DNA of 46,697 nt, taken from NCBI GenBank assembly GCA_000934665.2, contig KZ539461.1:1-46697 (forward strand). Direction: 5' to 3'. The DNA comes from Catajapyx aquilonaris. Taxonomy: Eukaryota. Shown here piece by piece: positions 36,144 through 46,697 of the stretch. Below the pieces are notes generated by a model. The model was given only the letters and a program-made list of their open reading frames with translations. It was not told where the DNA came from and ran no database searches. The position numbers and the translations under genes are program-made. Within the stretch, counting starts at the first letter, position 1. Each line of letters opens with the position of its first letter.

Positions 36144-36535
36144 GTAAATTATTGAAAATACAGGGTGTCTCTTACTAGTGGGTCATAACTGTTGCCAGCC
36201 TACTTCTTGGCCCAGTGCAAGCCTAAATATAGGGGTGATAAGTTGGCAGTCCAACTGGTAATGAAATAGTACTAGACAAATTTTCCTTCCCATGACACAA
36301 GCAACAACACTTGACACCTTTTTTAAGGAAGATCACCTGACAGTTTGACCCATGAATCTGCAGAAATAGTCTTCAGTAGAACTTCCAGAATGAGCATGAG
36401 TGTAGGTATCTGAAATAATTAAGAACAAGACAACTTTATACAATGCATGCTGGTTTGTATCAAAAAGTGGTACACAATGTTACTACTTTATATTACGCAA
36501 ATAAATGGTGTAAGCAACATTATAGGCTAAAATAA

Positions 36536-36834
36536 CCGAAGCAGGTTGGCATAGTGGATAAGGCGTCCGACTGCTAATCGGGAGGTCCTGGGTTCGAGTC
36601 CCGGGGCCGGCAACTCTGACCGTGGTTTTCTGTGGTTTCCCACGGTCCTTCCAGGAAAATTCCGGAGTTGCTTCCGTAATTAATAGGCCACAGCTGCTTC
36701 CTTCCGTCCCTATCCTATCCCAAAGAGCACAGTAAAATGAAAAGCAAAGAGTTCCAGGCAAAACAAACTTCCCCCCTAAAGAGCCGATGGCTGATAACGG
36801 GGTATGAATTATTATTATTATTATTATAATTATT
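36536..36834 (+). mobile_element. tRNA-derived SINE, family 3
   Basis: A-box TGGCATAGTGG, B-box GGTTCGAGTCC, (ATT)n tail. 17-bp TSD ATTATAGGCTAAAATAA at 36519-36535 and 36835-36851. Confidence 0.9.
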
Positions 36835-37129
36835 ATTATAGGCTAAAATAAGTGATTGATAACGTATCTTAATTGCTGGGAAATGGCCGTCAAGTCTATC
36901 ATGCGTTGCAGTCCACTGTGTGTTTAAAAATAAACCAACGTCAAAGGTTGTACAATGCACAGATATGTTCATGCCAGTGCTGCCAGCTCACCAATTCCAT
37001 CTGTCACAGTTTCCCACTCTCATCGGCATGTTTCAACACGGCCCGAGCAACTCCCACCCTAGCCTTATGGGGACGGCCGTGCTCTGAACAAGTCCTCCAC
37101 CACCCCAGATTTAGCACTGAAATCAGGCA

Positions 37130-37370
37130 CTGTACCAAATTGCATTCTGGCGGACGACATCTGAACCGTTCTGAACCTACCTACACTGTCAATTCACATT
37201 CAGCCCCCGTCCGCAGATTAGCGCACCAGCTGCCCAAATCCAATTTGCACCTTTCCAAATCATATTTGGGCGGCTGGTGGGCAAATCTGCAGATGGGAGG
37301 GGAATGGGAATTGACAGTTTAGGTAGGTTCAGAATGATTCAGAAGTCGTCCTCCCGAATGCGATTTGATA
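37130..37370. mobile_element. Imperfect palindromic element
   Basis: GACGACATCTGAACCGTTCTGAACCTACCTA.ACTGTCAATTC mirrored by GAATTGACAGTTTAGGTAGGTTCAGAATGATTCAGAAGTCGTC. Confidence 0.7.
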
Positions 37371-37475
37371 TAATGCGCCACATCCGGGCATGCGCAAAAG
37401 GAGAGGGAGTTGCAGGGGGCTGTTTCAACACATTACAGCTAAGATAGCATGATAGTCGAAATGGAAAGAGTAACA

Positions 37476-37725
37476 CTTACTGGCGTGCGGGAGGTGGCAG
37501 GGTGAGTGGTGGCAGGGTGAGTGGTGGCAGGGTGAGTGGTGGCTGGGGGCTGCTTGGCTGTCTCGCAAAGGCAAGGATGCAAAGATTGATTTATTGGATT
37601 TTGGAAGGGGTATGCTGTACCAACCTAACCTAACCAAGCTTAACCTTCCTTCCTTGCGGATACAGACCTATCTTTGCGACTGCCCCCACCCACTACTACC
37701 CTCCCACCTCCCGCACTCCAGTAAG
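37476..37725. mobile_element. Inverted-repeat element with a 15-bp tandem repeat and AACCT motif
   Basis: CTTACTGGCGTGCGGGAGGTGG / CCACCTCCCGCACTCCAGTAAG. (GGTGGCAGGGTGAGT)x3 at ~37493-37540. Central AACCTAACCTAACC. Confidence 0.6.
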
Positions 37726-37842
37726 GTCAACTGTATCCGTAGAAATAAGGGCACTGCTGGCGACTGGATTCCCAATAATAAGGAATGCCCTCTATGAATA
37801 ACCAACTAGGATACTGACATTTTTTCTTATTTTTGCCAACAG

Positions 37843-37983
37843 ATGCTATTCTAGATTGCGATGAGGCAATTTTGCTAGATACAGATCAATCCAAGGCCTA
37901 CTATTTGAAGGGAATGGCCTGCTTCCACCTCGGGGAGTACCAAGAAGCTCTGAACACTTTCAAGAAGGGAAGGCAGCATGGAG
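37843..37983 (+). CDS. SUGT1: SGT1 exon 3 (TPR)
   Basis: Polypyrimidine tract plus CAACAG|AT. DAILDCDEAILLD...KAYYLKGMACFHLGEYQEALNTFKKG. Donor GAG|GTTGGT, phase 1. Confidence 0.9.
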
Positions 37984-38242
37984 GTTGGTGCAATTCTTCC
38001 AGTGTCACATCACATAAAGGCGATTTATCAAATTCGGCAGAAGAATGAGCAGGTGGGAAATGGGTGTTTCATGCCCGGAATGTTAGTAGAACCAATTCAC
38101 AAATTCCATGGTGGGCACCAAGCAGTGTGAATCACTGAATTTCATCCCAGTGCACTTTGCATGCTTGGGAAGCAGGCAGTTGGAGGAGGCAAGATGACAG
38201 CACCCAAGACCAAGACAAAGCATGTTCAGCTAGAAGTAACAG

Positions 38243-38244
<2 letters not shown>

Positions 38245-38292
<48 letters not shown>

Positions 38293-38312
38293 NCTCGCCC
38301 CCCCCCCCCCCC
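38245..38312. repeat. (CT)n microsatellite plus poly-C
   Basis: Direct inspection; contains an N. Confidence 0.95.
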
Positions 38313-39247
38313 AACAAGGTCAAATGCAGCCTCTTTGTCTGCACAAACAATTCCCTCCTGTCAGGGCTCACCAGTTTTATAAATACCTGCGGGCCATCTG
38401 GTTAATTTGTGGGACCTGTCACCAGCTTCCTCCCACCCAGGTGATTCTGGCGCTAGAGTCTCATTTGCTGGTTTAGTTCCTGTGCTCTTCTACTGCCTAT
38501 TTGCTGCCCGCTCACTTTCTGCCAAATTTGTGAAACAGCCATAAATTATCAATCCTTTACCTAAAGAATTTCTCAAGCCTTTCCACAGGTATTCACTCAG
38601 GCTGGGTTACACCATCACATGTTTCGTTCAAAATGTCAGGGTTACCATTGTTATGAATAGTAGACAATGTTTTATCATATCAAGAATCCCACTGGCCTAT
38701 TGTGCCTGGATTTTCCAACATGAAATTTTGGCTCCTAGAAATGCCCATGAGTCTTAGTCAATACCTCTATAGACGGCTAACCATCCATTTGCTTTGTAAA
38801 CATGTCCCCCATGCTGGTATCTTGATGGAAGGATCTCTTCCAGGATTGATTTTTTTCTTGGTATCAATAATTTTTAAGTGTAAGTTGTTCTTCATAAATG
38901 TGAGATCTGACCTCCCTAGATCATCCTTCTGACCCTGCAGTCACTTTGGGTTGTGGTTGTGGCCCAATAATGCAGAGGTTGACATAACCGAATTATTCAG
39001 CCAACCTTTCATGAGGCTGTCTCACCACTGACAATACAAGTTCAAGCCTCCCCCCAGACCCACCACCAGACACCCCCTGCCATCTAGTGGGGGAAAGATG
39101 TTATGTAAAATTAGATGAAAACGTAAAAACCAATTTTTCAATATGTTCCCTGAGTTGTGAAAACATGAGCTCGTGTCATTTTCAATTTTTTCTCATTTTA
39201 ACTCATTTTAACTCACAGAAAGTGCCAGGAACCTTCCAGAAGTTATA

Positions 39248-39973
39248 CAGTGTTTCCAAAAAGGCGTTCCCAGTAAAGAACCAATGCAGTTCCAGAAGTA
39301 TTCCATATATTTTTTTCAAATTTGCCAGGAAGGTGGCACATATGATCAAGTTTTTGTACAAAAATTCACACCTCCACATGTCCACCCTGGTGTCGAAGAC
39401 ACAGCTTAAACCGTTCTTCAGCCACTCGCCAGGTGTACAGGTTGTACGGGTACATCTTCAGTAAAAGAAAAGTGTATACTCTTGTTCGCTGAACTGAAAA
39501 GTGTGACTAGAGTGCAAAGAGAGTTCAGGCGACTCTACGGCAAAGACCCACCCTCCAACAAGTCCATCCTTAAGTGGTTCCGGAGTTTCGAAGGGACAGG
39601 CTGCATCGTCCATGGCAAGAGCTCTGGGGGTCCACCTGCAACTTATCGTGTTGAACAGGTGAGGGCAGCCATGTTGAAGAGTCCACAGAAGTCCCTGCGT
39701 CGGGGATCCCTGGATATGGATATCCCATTGAGTTCGATGCACCGCATCGTACGGAAAATGCTGAAGATATATCCGTACAAGCTACACCTGGCGAGCAGCT
39801 GAAGGACGGTTTAAGCTGTGTCTTCGACGCCAGGGTGGACATGTGGTGGTGTGACTTTTTGTACAAAAACTTGATCATATGTGCCACCTTCCTGGCAATT
39901 TCGAATAAAATATATGGAATACTTCTGGAACTGCATTGGTTCTTTACTGAGAACACCTTTTTGGAACACCCTG
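39248..39973 (+). mobile_element. Internally deleted Tc1/mariner element retaining the transposase DNA-binding N-terminus
   Basis: About 195-bp TIRs with TA flanks. ORF 39446-39802 KSVTRVQREFRRLYGKDPPSNKSILKWFRSFEGTG...SPQKSLRR...LKIYPYKL resembles the DUF4817/HTH of mariner-like transposases. Confidence 0.88.
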
Positions 39974-40218
39974 TATATTATTAATGGACATAGTAGGTGA
40001 AAGCCAATTTTTTAGTCACGCACAGCTGACTGAAACTAATAATTTAAAAAAAAATGCTGATTGCATAATGTGGCAATGCTCCGAACTGGGTATTACAATG
40101 GGGAAACATGAATGGGCTCATTAAAGTTTTGGTTAAGTGAACAATGTAGCTCAAAAAAATTTGGCAACATCTAGCATTTCCATAAAAAATAAAAGAAGAA
40201 TTCTCGATGGTTCCTAGT

Positions 40219-40362
40219 ATCATCAGTTCAAAAAGAATTGTCCCAGTCATCCTGATGTGTGTGCTGCCCGCTCGACACACACCATGTAACTTACATGGTG
40301 TGTGTCGAGCGGCCAGCCCACACGTCAGGATGACTGGGACAGTTCTTTTTGCACTGTTGATA
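40219..40362. mobile_element. Hairpin MITE (near-perfect fold-back)
   Basis: AAAAGAATTGTCCCAGTCATCCTGA...GCTCGACACACACCATGTAA-C-TTACATGGTGTGTGTCGAGC...TCAGGATGACTGGGACAGTTCTTTT. Confidence 0.8.
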
Positions 40363-41071
40363 CATCCTGTGGCCATTTCAACTGCAAAAAATTGTGAATT
40401 CATAAGATTCAAGCTCATGTTTTAACTTCTCGGGGAACAGATATTGAAAAACTAAGTTTCCCATTTTCATGTATTATAATTAGGAACAACTTGCACTAAA
40501 AATTACGGAAACTGAGAGCAAAATCAAACCTGGAAGAGATCCTTTCGGCACATGGCCAATATATGGAATCAAAAGAAATAGTAGCCAGCCATTGATTTTT
40601 TTTGTACCTAGGAAGGGAAGTTATCTTCAACAGGCACTAGTAGCCTAATAGTTTATGGCTACCAACAGCTCCTAAATAAGCAGAATTTTGTAATGCAGTG
40701 TTCTTAGTTGGATCCACCTGTTGGATCCCTGCATACATTTATTCTATGCTTGAGCTTCTGCCCTATGGCATGCTATGCCAACAACCAGTAACAAAAAACC
40801 AGTGGGAAGGCGGGTGGGGGAGTGTGATTTATCCCTACTTGCTGGCTTTTTGTAGGGAAGATGTGTGGCCAATATGGGTACTGTATAAAAAATAATAGTC
40901 TACATGCTCTTTTTGGACTTGCAGAGGAGAGGTAGCATAAGGTTACTTGCTCCACATAACCTAATAATTTATGCATAACTAAAGATCAGCTAAGTCAGAA
41001 TTTCTGTAAGCAAAGTTCATACATGTTGGTCCACCCTGCTCTAGTGTCAGCAATTATTTATTTATTTTCAG

Positions 41072-41493
41072 CAGAAGAAAGGTGGTTTGACCAGTGGATA
41101 GTGTGGACTGAGGAAAGGATAAAGAAGAGACAATTATCTCAAGCCTCTGCTGGGGCCCAAGCAGCAGGAGGGCACGATTCTGAGGATTTGAATGCTGAGG
41201 CCCAGGGAAGTGGAGTTGATGGTGGTGAGGTTGCTGGGGCTCACGGGTCTGGAGAACATGTTGAAGGTGATTTGGGTTCTGCAACTCAGAAAACTGGGAA
41301 GCAGGTTGATGGAAGTTGTGTTGATGTGGCTCAAGGAGCTGGAGAACAGACAGCTGCAGCACGGCCTCATGGGGACTTGGCTTCTGAGGTCCAAGACCAA
41401 GCTAAGCCCAAGATCAGGCATGACTGGTACCAGACTACTTCAGATGTGTGTGTGACCATACTGGCTAGGAACCTGCCACCTGACCAAGTGAAG
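41072..41493 (+). CDS. SUGT1: SGT1 exon 4 (TPR capping helix, linker, start of CS domain)
   Basis: FDQWIVW... then KPKIRHDWYQTTSDVCVTILAR (CS start; human KIKYDWYQT). Donor AAG|GTGAGT, phase 0. Confidence 0.92.
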
Positions 41494-42041
41494 GTGAGTT
41501 TATTTTATAATTATAATAATTTTTAAATGTTATATTAATGGTTGAAATGTAAATAAATGATTCTCAAATTGTGGTGTGTGCTGCAGAGATCTATTGATGG
41601 GTGAAGCTGTATGAATGCACCAGCGTGGGTGGAATGCTGGAACATACAGGGTGTTTCTTACTTGTATGTCAGCCGGCAGGCAGTACATTCCTTGGCACAA
41701 ACCAAGTCTATAATGAAATTCACTGTCCAAGGTATAATCATATTTATTTCAGTTGTTAATTGTCAAATCAACTTCAACTTTGGTGTCCTCCTAGCTCCAT
41801 TCATAATTCTCCATTCTAAAGTCCAGATAATCTTAACGGAGATTTTTTATCACATTTTGTTTATCACCCGACCACTCCACTTTTTTGGGGTGAGCGAACT
41901 TCATTGAGTAAGGACACGTATACGCAAATAGGTCAAAATCGGAGAAGGTTGGCCCTGCTGACTTGGAATGCCCCATAGGTATCATGGGTCTTTGCAACCT
42001 AGTGCAGTACGAAGATAATGGGTTTCAAACACGAAGTATAC

Positions 42042-43944
42042 GGGCCATTCCACATGAAATCATCACGAGGTATGCTCATGAATTTTAGATTTCCAGAATA
42101 TTTTGCAAGGAGATAGACCTATTTCTAAACTCTTGATTTCCCAAGTATTTTGCTTTGCTGTCCTCAAGGTCACGAGAGGTGAATATGTCTGGGGGTACAA
42201 ATTGCAACTTTCAAACTGAACCACTTTCAGATTCAGATATCTCAGAAACTATGCGTCGTAGCGACTCTTTTCATGGAACATTTTTTCGGATCATACGACG
42301 TAGGATTTGAAAATGTAATCACTTATGCGATATATGTATTGTGTAACGAGTTACAGCCTCCGCAATATGTGTATTTTTGTCAAAATTCACTCTCTTTAAG
42401 AATTTTTTACTACCGTAATATTGTATTAATATGCAAATATTATACCTTATCGGAGACATATCGATGTACCTGATCTCTCGTAAATTATTTCACATTGTAC
42501 AATATATAAACTTGGAGAAATTAACAGTCAGATATTGAAGAAACCTAATTTTGGCCATTATTGAGGCCCAAAATAAGGTCTGTGGGACAAAGACTAAAAA
42601 TCAGGAAGTGAGTTATTCGGATAGTCCAAAACTTGGGCTTTCAGAATATATATACCTGCTATATGATAATCAGGCCTGAAGAGATGGTAGGACCTTTTGT
42701 TTGAAGGCAAGTTTCCACCAGCAGCTACGGCGTCTGTACCCGGCCATCATACTGCCCCCACGGGAGAACACCGGAGAGTCCGAAGCACAGCCTGAAGCCA
42801 TCCTACGATGGCCGGGTTAAGACACCGCATCTGCCGGTGGAAACTTGCCTTCAAAAAAAGGCCCTACCATCTCTCCAGGCCAGATTATCATATATCAGGT
42901 AGATTCTGAAAAGCCACGTTTTGGACTATCCGAATAACTCACTTCCTGATTTTTAGTCGTTGTCCCACAGACCTTTTTTTGGGCCTCAATAATGGCCAAA
43001 ATGAGGTTTCTTCAAAATACGACTGTTAATTTCTCCGAGTTTATATATTGTACAACGCTAAATAATTTGCGAGAGATCAGGTACATGGATATGTCTCCGA
43101 CAAGGTATAATATTTGCAAATTCATACAATTTTATGGCTATAAAAAATTACGAAAGAGAGCAAATTTTGACAAAAATACACATATTGCGGAGGCTGTAAC
43201 TCATTACACAATATACAGGGTGTTCATGAAAAACACAGACAAACCTATATCACCCCCGACCTAGGATAGACGATCACATTATGTAGATGAGTGATTATTC
43301 CTGGGCCGCCTCATTACCGTGCAAATTGCCTTCAAACAGGTAGTATAAAATATCCTGGAAGTTAGGCCACCCAACGAACCCTTCCCCTGGCAGAAGGGTC
43401 TGGAAGGTGTGGGGACCGGACTTTGTTGGTTTGTTGCCCACAGGTGGTAAGGCCTCTATGGCTAGTTACACCTGCAAATTCTATATAACAGTCAGAAGGA
43501 GCGATTAGGCAAAAAGCGCTAATCAGCAACGAGTCAATTATCTCAGTAATGAGGCGGTGTAGACATAATGACTCCTCTACATAAAATGAACCTCACGTTA
43601 CCATTGGCCACTGGTATCAGTTTGTCTGTGTTTTTCATGAACACCCTGTATCTATCGCATAAATGACATTTCTATATTCCACGACCTATGATCTGAAACA
43701 AATGTTCCATGAGAAGAGTCGCTACGAAGCGTAGTTTTTGAGATATTCAATTCTGAAAGTGGCTCGATTTGAATTTGCAATTTGCCCCCTCTGACATATC
43801 CCCTCACCTCTCATGACCTTGAGGACAGCGGAGTGAAATACTTGGGTAATCTAGAGTTTAGGGATAGGTCTATCTCCCTGCAAAATATTTTGGAAATCTA
43901 AAATTCATGAGCATACCTCGTGATGATTTCACATGGAATGACCC
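42042..43944. mobile_element. Non-autonomous Sola2-like fold-back element (~700-bp TIRs)
   Basis: GGG...CCC termini, 4-bp TSD ATAC (42038-42041, 43945-43948), arms ~42042-42749 and ~42807-43944. GRG termini, 4-bp TSD and very long TIRs are Sola2 hallmarks. Confidence 0.75.
43216..43648. mobile_element. Tc1/mariner-type MITE nested in the Sola2-like right arm
   Basis: TA|CAGGGTGTTCATGAAAAACACAGACAAAC ... GTTTGTCTGTGTTTTTCATGAACACCCTG|TA. Absent from the left arm. Confidence 0.88.
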
Positions 43945-44262
43945 ATACGATATTCTGGCCTTGACTCTAGTGCTCACTGTGGCCAACCCCCCTCAGTGGG
44001 AGAGATCAGCCAAGCTCACTTAGGTAGCAATGTACTGGTATGACTGGGGGCTGATTCAACCTAACAAGGGAACTGCATGAATGCCTTTCTCTCTGACTTT
44101 GGAAGGAGTGGTTTATTTGTTTGTACTAGTTGAGGTGAATATACTGTACACTACCACTCATTAATTTCAATACACCATCTGAAGTTGATTATTTGCAAAG
44201 TAATGAACAAAAGAAGCTAGTTTGTTGCAGGCGGAAAACTCTTGCTTAGGCCCATTAATAAA

Positions 44263-44791
44263 GAGTGCGTTTACATGGGAATAAAAATAGGGCTAGCTAC
44301 GGCCACCTATGCTAGGCGAACTGGTTTACTCCCATGTAGCCGCTGGGCCTACGATAGACCGGCCTTATCTGAACCATTGTCGGGCGCAGCCCAAGCCTTT
44401 CGGATCGGGTGGTCTACCTAAGGCGATGGCGGTGATTGGCTGCTAGGGGACAGCCCAGGACTTGCTTCTGAGTGGACTACCGGCCGCGAAAATAGTCCCC
44501 CCGTATCTGTGGCTTTCTCGAATAAACAGTTCCGGTACATGTAATTCAACTGCCTAATTATCATGGGCAGCCCATGCGGCAGCTGCAGAGCTACGCATAT
44601 TGCACATTTTGCTGTGAGGAGCGGTAGGGCCCGGCATGGTGGGCACTATTTTCGGGCGGCTCACCGACCCCTCGGCAGCAAAAGAGTCAGTCCCATGTAG
44701 CAGTGGCAAAAGTGGGAGCGGGCTTTGCGTAGATAGGCCTTGCTTAGGAAGCCTGGGTCAGGCCGATTTTTAGTCCCATGTAAACGTACTC
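44263..44791. mobile_element. PIF/Harbinger-like MITE
   Basis: GAGTGCGTTTACATGGGAATAAAAAT / ATTTTTAGTCCCATGTAAACGTACTC. Confidence 0.75.
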
Positions 44792-44889
44792 AATGAGAAT
44801 ATGCTGTTGTGGGCAACACATCTGTTTCAAACTCTGTTGTTATTGTTTGGTAATTCCATGTCTTGAAACCTGTTGTGACCATTTTTCAG

Positions 44890-45348
44890 GTTGAGTTTCG
44901 CCCCCACTCCGTGTTTGTTTATGCTCCAACAGCTGACTACACCCTGGAGCTGTCCCTAGCCCAACGCATCAGACCAGAGTTGAGCTCTTTCAAAGTGGGG
45001 AAAGTGAAGCTGGAACTTCGCTTGGCCAAGGCAGATGCCATGATGTGGCGCAACCTGGAGGAGGAAAGGAAGCTGGAGGAGGCGACTGCCAAGAAAAAAG
45101 ACTGGGACAAGCTGGAGACACAGTTGAAAAAAGAGGAAGAAGAGGAGAAACTGGAAGGAGATGCTGCCTTGAACCAGCTTTTCCAGAAGATCTACCTAGA
45201 GGGTAATGAGGAGGTCCGGAGAGCTATGAACAAGAGCTTTGTGGAGTCAGGGGGAACAGTCCTAAGCACCAACTGGACTGAAGTGAAGAAGGATAAGGTA
45301 GATGTCAAGCCACCCGATGGCATGGAATGGAAGAAGTGGGAGCAGTAA
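44890..45348 (+). CDS. SUGT1: SGT1 terminal exon (CS remainder and SGS domain)
   Basis: DWDKL...KLEGDAALNQLFQKIY...RRAMNKSFVESGGTVLSTNW...PPDGMEWKKW is a diagnostic SGS domain. AATAAA at 45561. Confidence 0.97.
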   Translation, partial: VEFRPHSVFVYAPTADYTLELSLAQRIRPELSSFKVGKVKLELRLAKADAMMWRNLEEERKLEEATAKKKDWDKLETQLKKEEEEEKLEGDAALNQLFQKIYLEGNEEVRRAMNKSFVESGGTVLSTNWTEVKKDKVDVKPPDGMEWKKWEQ

Positions 45349-45943
45349 GCTGGGGAGTGACTTTAAGACTCCTGAATTCATGCTGGTGGCTATACATTGG
45401 ACACAAGTCTCAAGGGAAATGTAATTGAGAAGCATATCACATTACATTTGCCTGTTTGCAGAAGACAATTTAGAGCCATCTGGACATGCCTACAGAACAC
45501 TTGTAAATAGTATGCGTTCATCCCTGGGGTGGAAAATTTTTGTTGTGTAGCAAATTGTTTAATAAAAAGTTAACTATGGTTTTTTCAGTTGAAAGTTTTT
45601 AAAGCTCTAACAGTGATATTTTTGAAGTAGGATGGAGGGAGGAATTAAATCACACAAATAGAAAAATTGTGTATACTGTACAGCAATTGAATTGATCAGT
45701 CAGAAAAGAATCAATAAAATGCATTTTATGAGCACACAAATAAGAACACACAAACCTGTGTATTGCAGAATCGCACGGGACCCCAAAAATCTTCCGTAAT
45801 GGATAGGGTTCCTCTATATTCAGATCAAGGAAGTTACTAATATTTTTTGCTGATGAGAAAGAGGGGACAATTGGGAGAGCACAAAAGCACCTTACCTCAA
45901 TATGGTTGAAAATCAGTCCATAAAGTAGCATTTTTGTGGAATA

Positions 45944-46300
45944 TAATAATAATAATAATAATAATAATCCGGGGTAGTGCTTGACCTCGATGGAGGTATG
46001 TAGCACGGTCCTTTATTTTAATTTGTCGTGTACATCGGAGCCTTTATACGTAACGCCCGGGCCCACGGGCAGGATGACAGGAGGGGATGTGCAAGGTGCA
46101 GTGCAATGTCTTAAACGAGGCCATTTTTAGTGAACTCCCCCGGGTGGTTTAGTCTGTAGGAAATACCACCCGAGACGAAGCCAGAGGTGACCCCCAACGA
46201 ACTCTGCACGAGAGGAAGGGGGTGTCCCCGGGTTGGGATCGAACCCGGGACCTTAACATCCGTGGGCGCATACGTTACCGCAGCGCCACTTCGCCTCCCT
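45944..46300 (-). mobile_element. tRNA-derived SINE, family 1, tail type A
   Basis: B-box rc GGATCGAACC, (ATT)n tail. 15-bp TSD CATTTTTGTGGAATA at 45929-45943 and 46301-46315. Confidence 0.92.
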
Positions 46301-46327
46301 CATTTTTGTGGAATAGTATGTTTTGCC

Positions 46328-46551
46328 TGGTGTACTATAGGACACAAAAACAATGTCCGGGGAGAGTCTTCGTTCAGCCTGGTGGAGGCAAACCATTGCA
46401 CAGATGTGCACACACACACTTGTGTGTACGTCCGTGCTCATCTGCTGAGTTTTTTCTCTCCTCCCTTAGCTACCCAGGTGCAATGGGTTGCTTCCGCAAG
46501 GCTGAACGAAGAATCTCCCCGGACATTGTTTATGCGTCCGATAGTACACCA
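46328..46551. mobile_element. Palindromic MITE
   Basis: TGGTGTACTAT...AACAATGTCCGGGGAGA.TCTTCGTTCAGCCT / AGGCTGAACGAAGAATCTCCCCGGACATTGTT...ATAGTACACCA. Confidence 0.8.
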
Positions 46552-46697
46552 CATCTAAAGCATTGCACTTTCGTTGCAGTCGAAAATGTCCTCCTTGGAA
46601 TCTAATACATATTTCTAGACGTATGTCTGTCTCTCCTGTTATTCGCTATGCAAATCCGTACGGAGGCCCCGACATATGCCCCAGGGGTTTCACTAGG

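Noticed and set aside
36540..36612. tRNA genes (also 13295, 14745, 1446, 46230)
   Set aside because: The A/B boxes are SINE heads. They are followed by SINE bodies, simple-repeat tails and TSDs, and lack a proper acceptor stem.
37493..37540. CRISPR-like repeat array
   Set aside because: A head-to-tail 15-bp minisatellite with no spacers, in a eukaryotic context with no cas genes.
42720..42840. 5S rRNA-like or ribozyme-like GC-rich core
   Set aside because: It does not align with 5S and I found no hammerhead core. It is the centre of the fold-back element.

Overview
This is eukaryotic, intron-containing DNA from an animal, probably an invertebrate (inferred from the repeat content); it is not prokaryotic. 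Two conserved multi-exon genes lie on the + strand. SINHCAF/FAM60A (SIN3-HDAC complex associated factor) has coding exons 7680-8115, 8244-8418, 13855-14029 and 16800-17015 (about 333 aa). SUGT1/SGT1 (HSP90 co-chaperone, TPR-CS-SGS) has exons 33505-33719, 36007-36143, 37843-37983, 41072-41493 and 44890-45348 (about 457 aa). A third compact 3-exon gene model (2186-2308, 2369-2860, 3325-3405; about 231 aa) has clean in-phase splice sites, but I recognise no homologue. The rest is dense in transposable elements: seven tRNA-derived SINE copies with target-site duplications (TSDs), many palindromic MITEs (Tc1/mariner, pogo, PIF/Harbinger, hAT, piggyBac, Sola2-like), decayed hAT, Sola1-like and mariner transposase remnants, and several nested insertions. 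The most interesting signals are the orphan gene with a phospho-SIM-like motif, a SINE family that swaps 3' tails while keeping a stem-loop, and an SGT1 with an unusual N-terminal extension, repetitive linker and missing YPSS motif. All coordinates were counted by hand. Superfamily calls rest on terminus and TSD signatures, not database searches.
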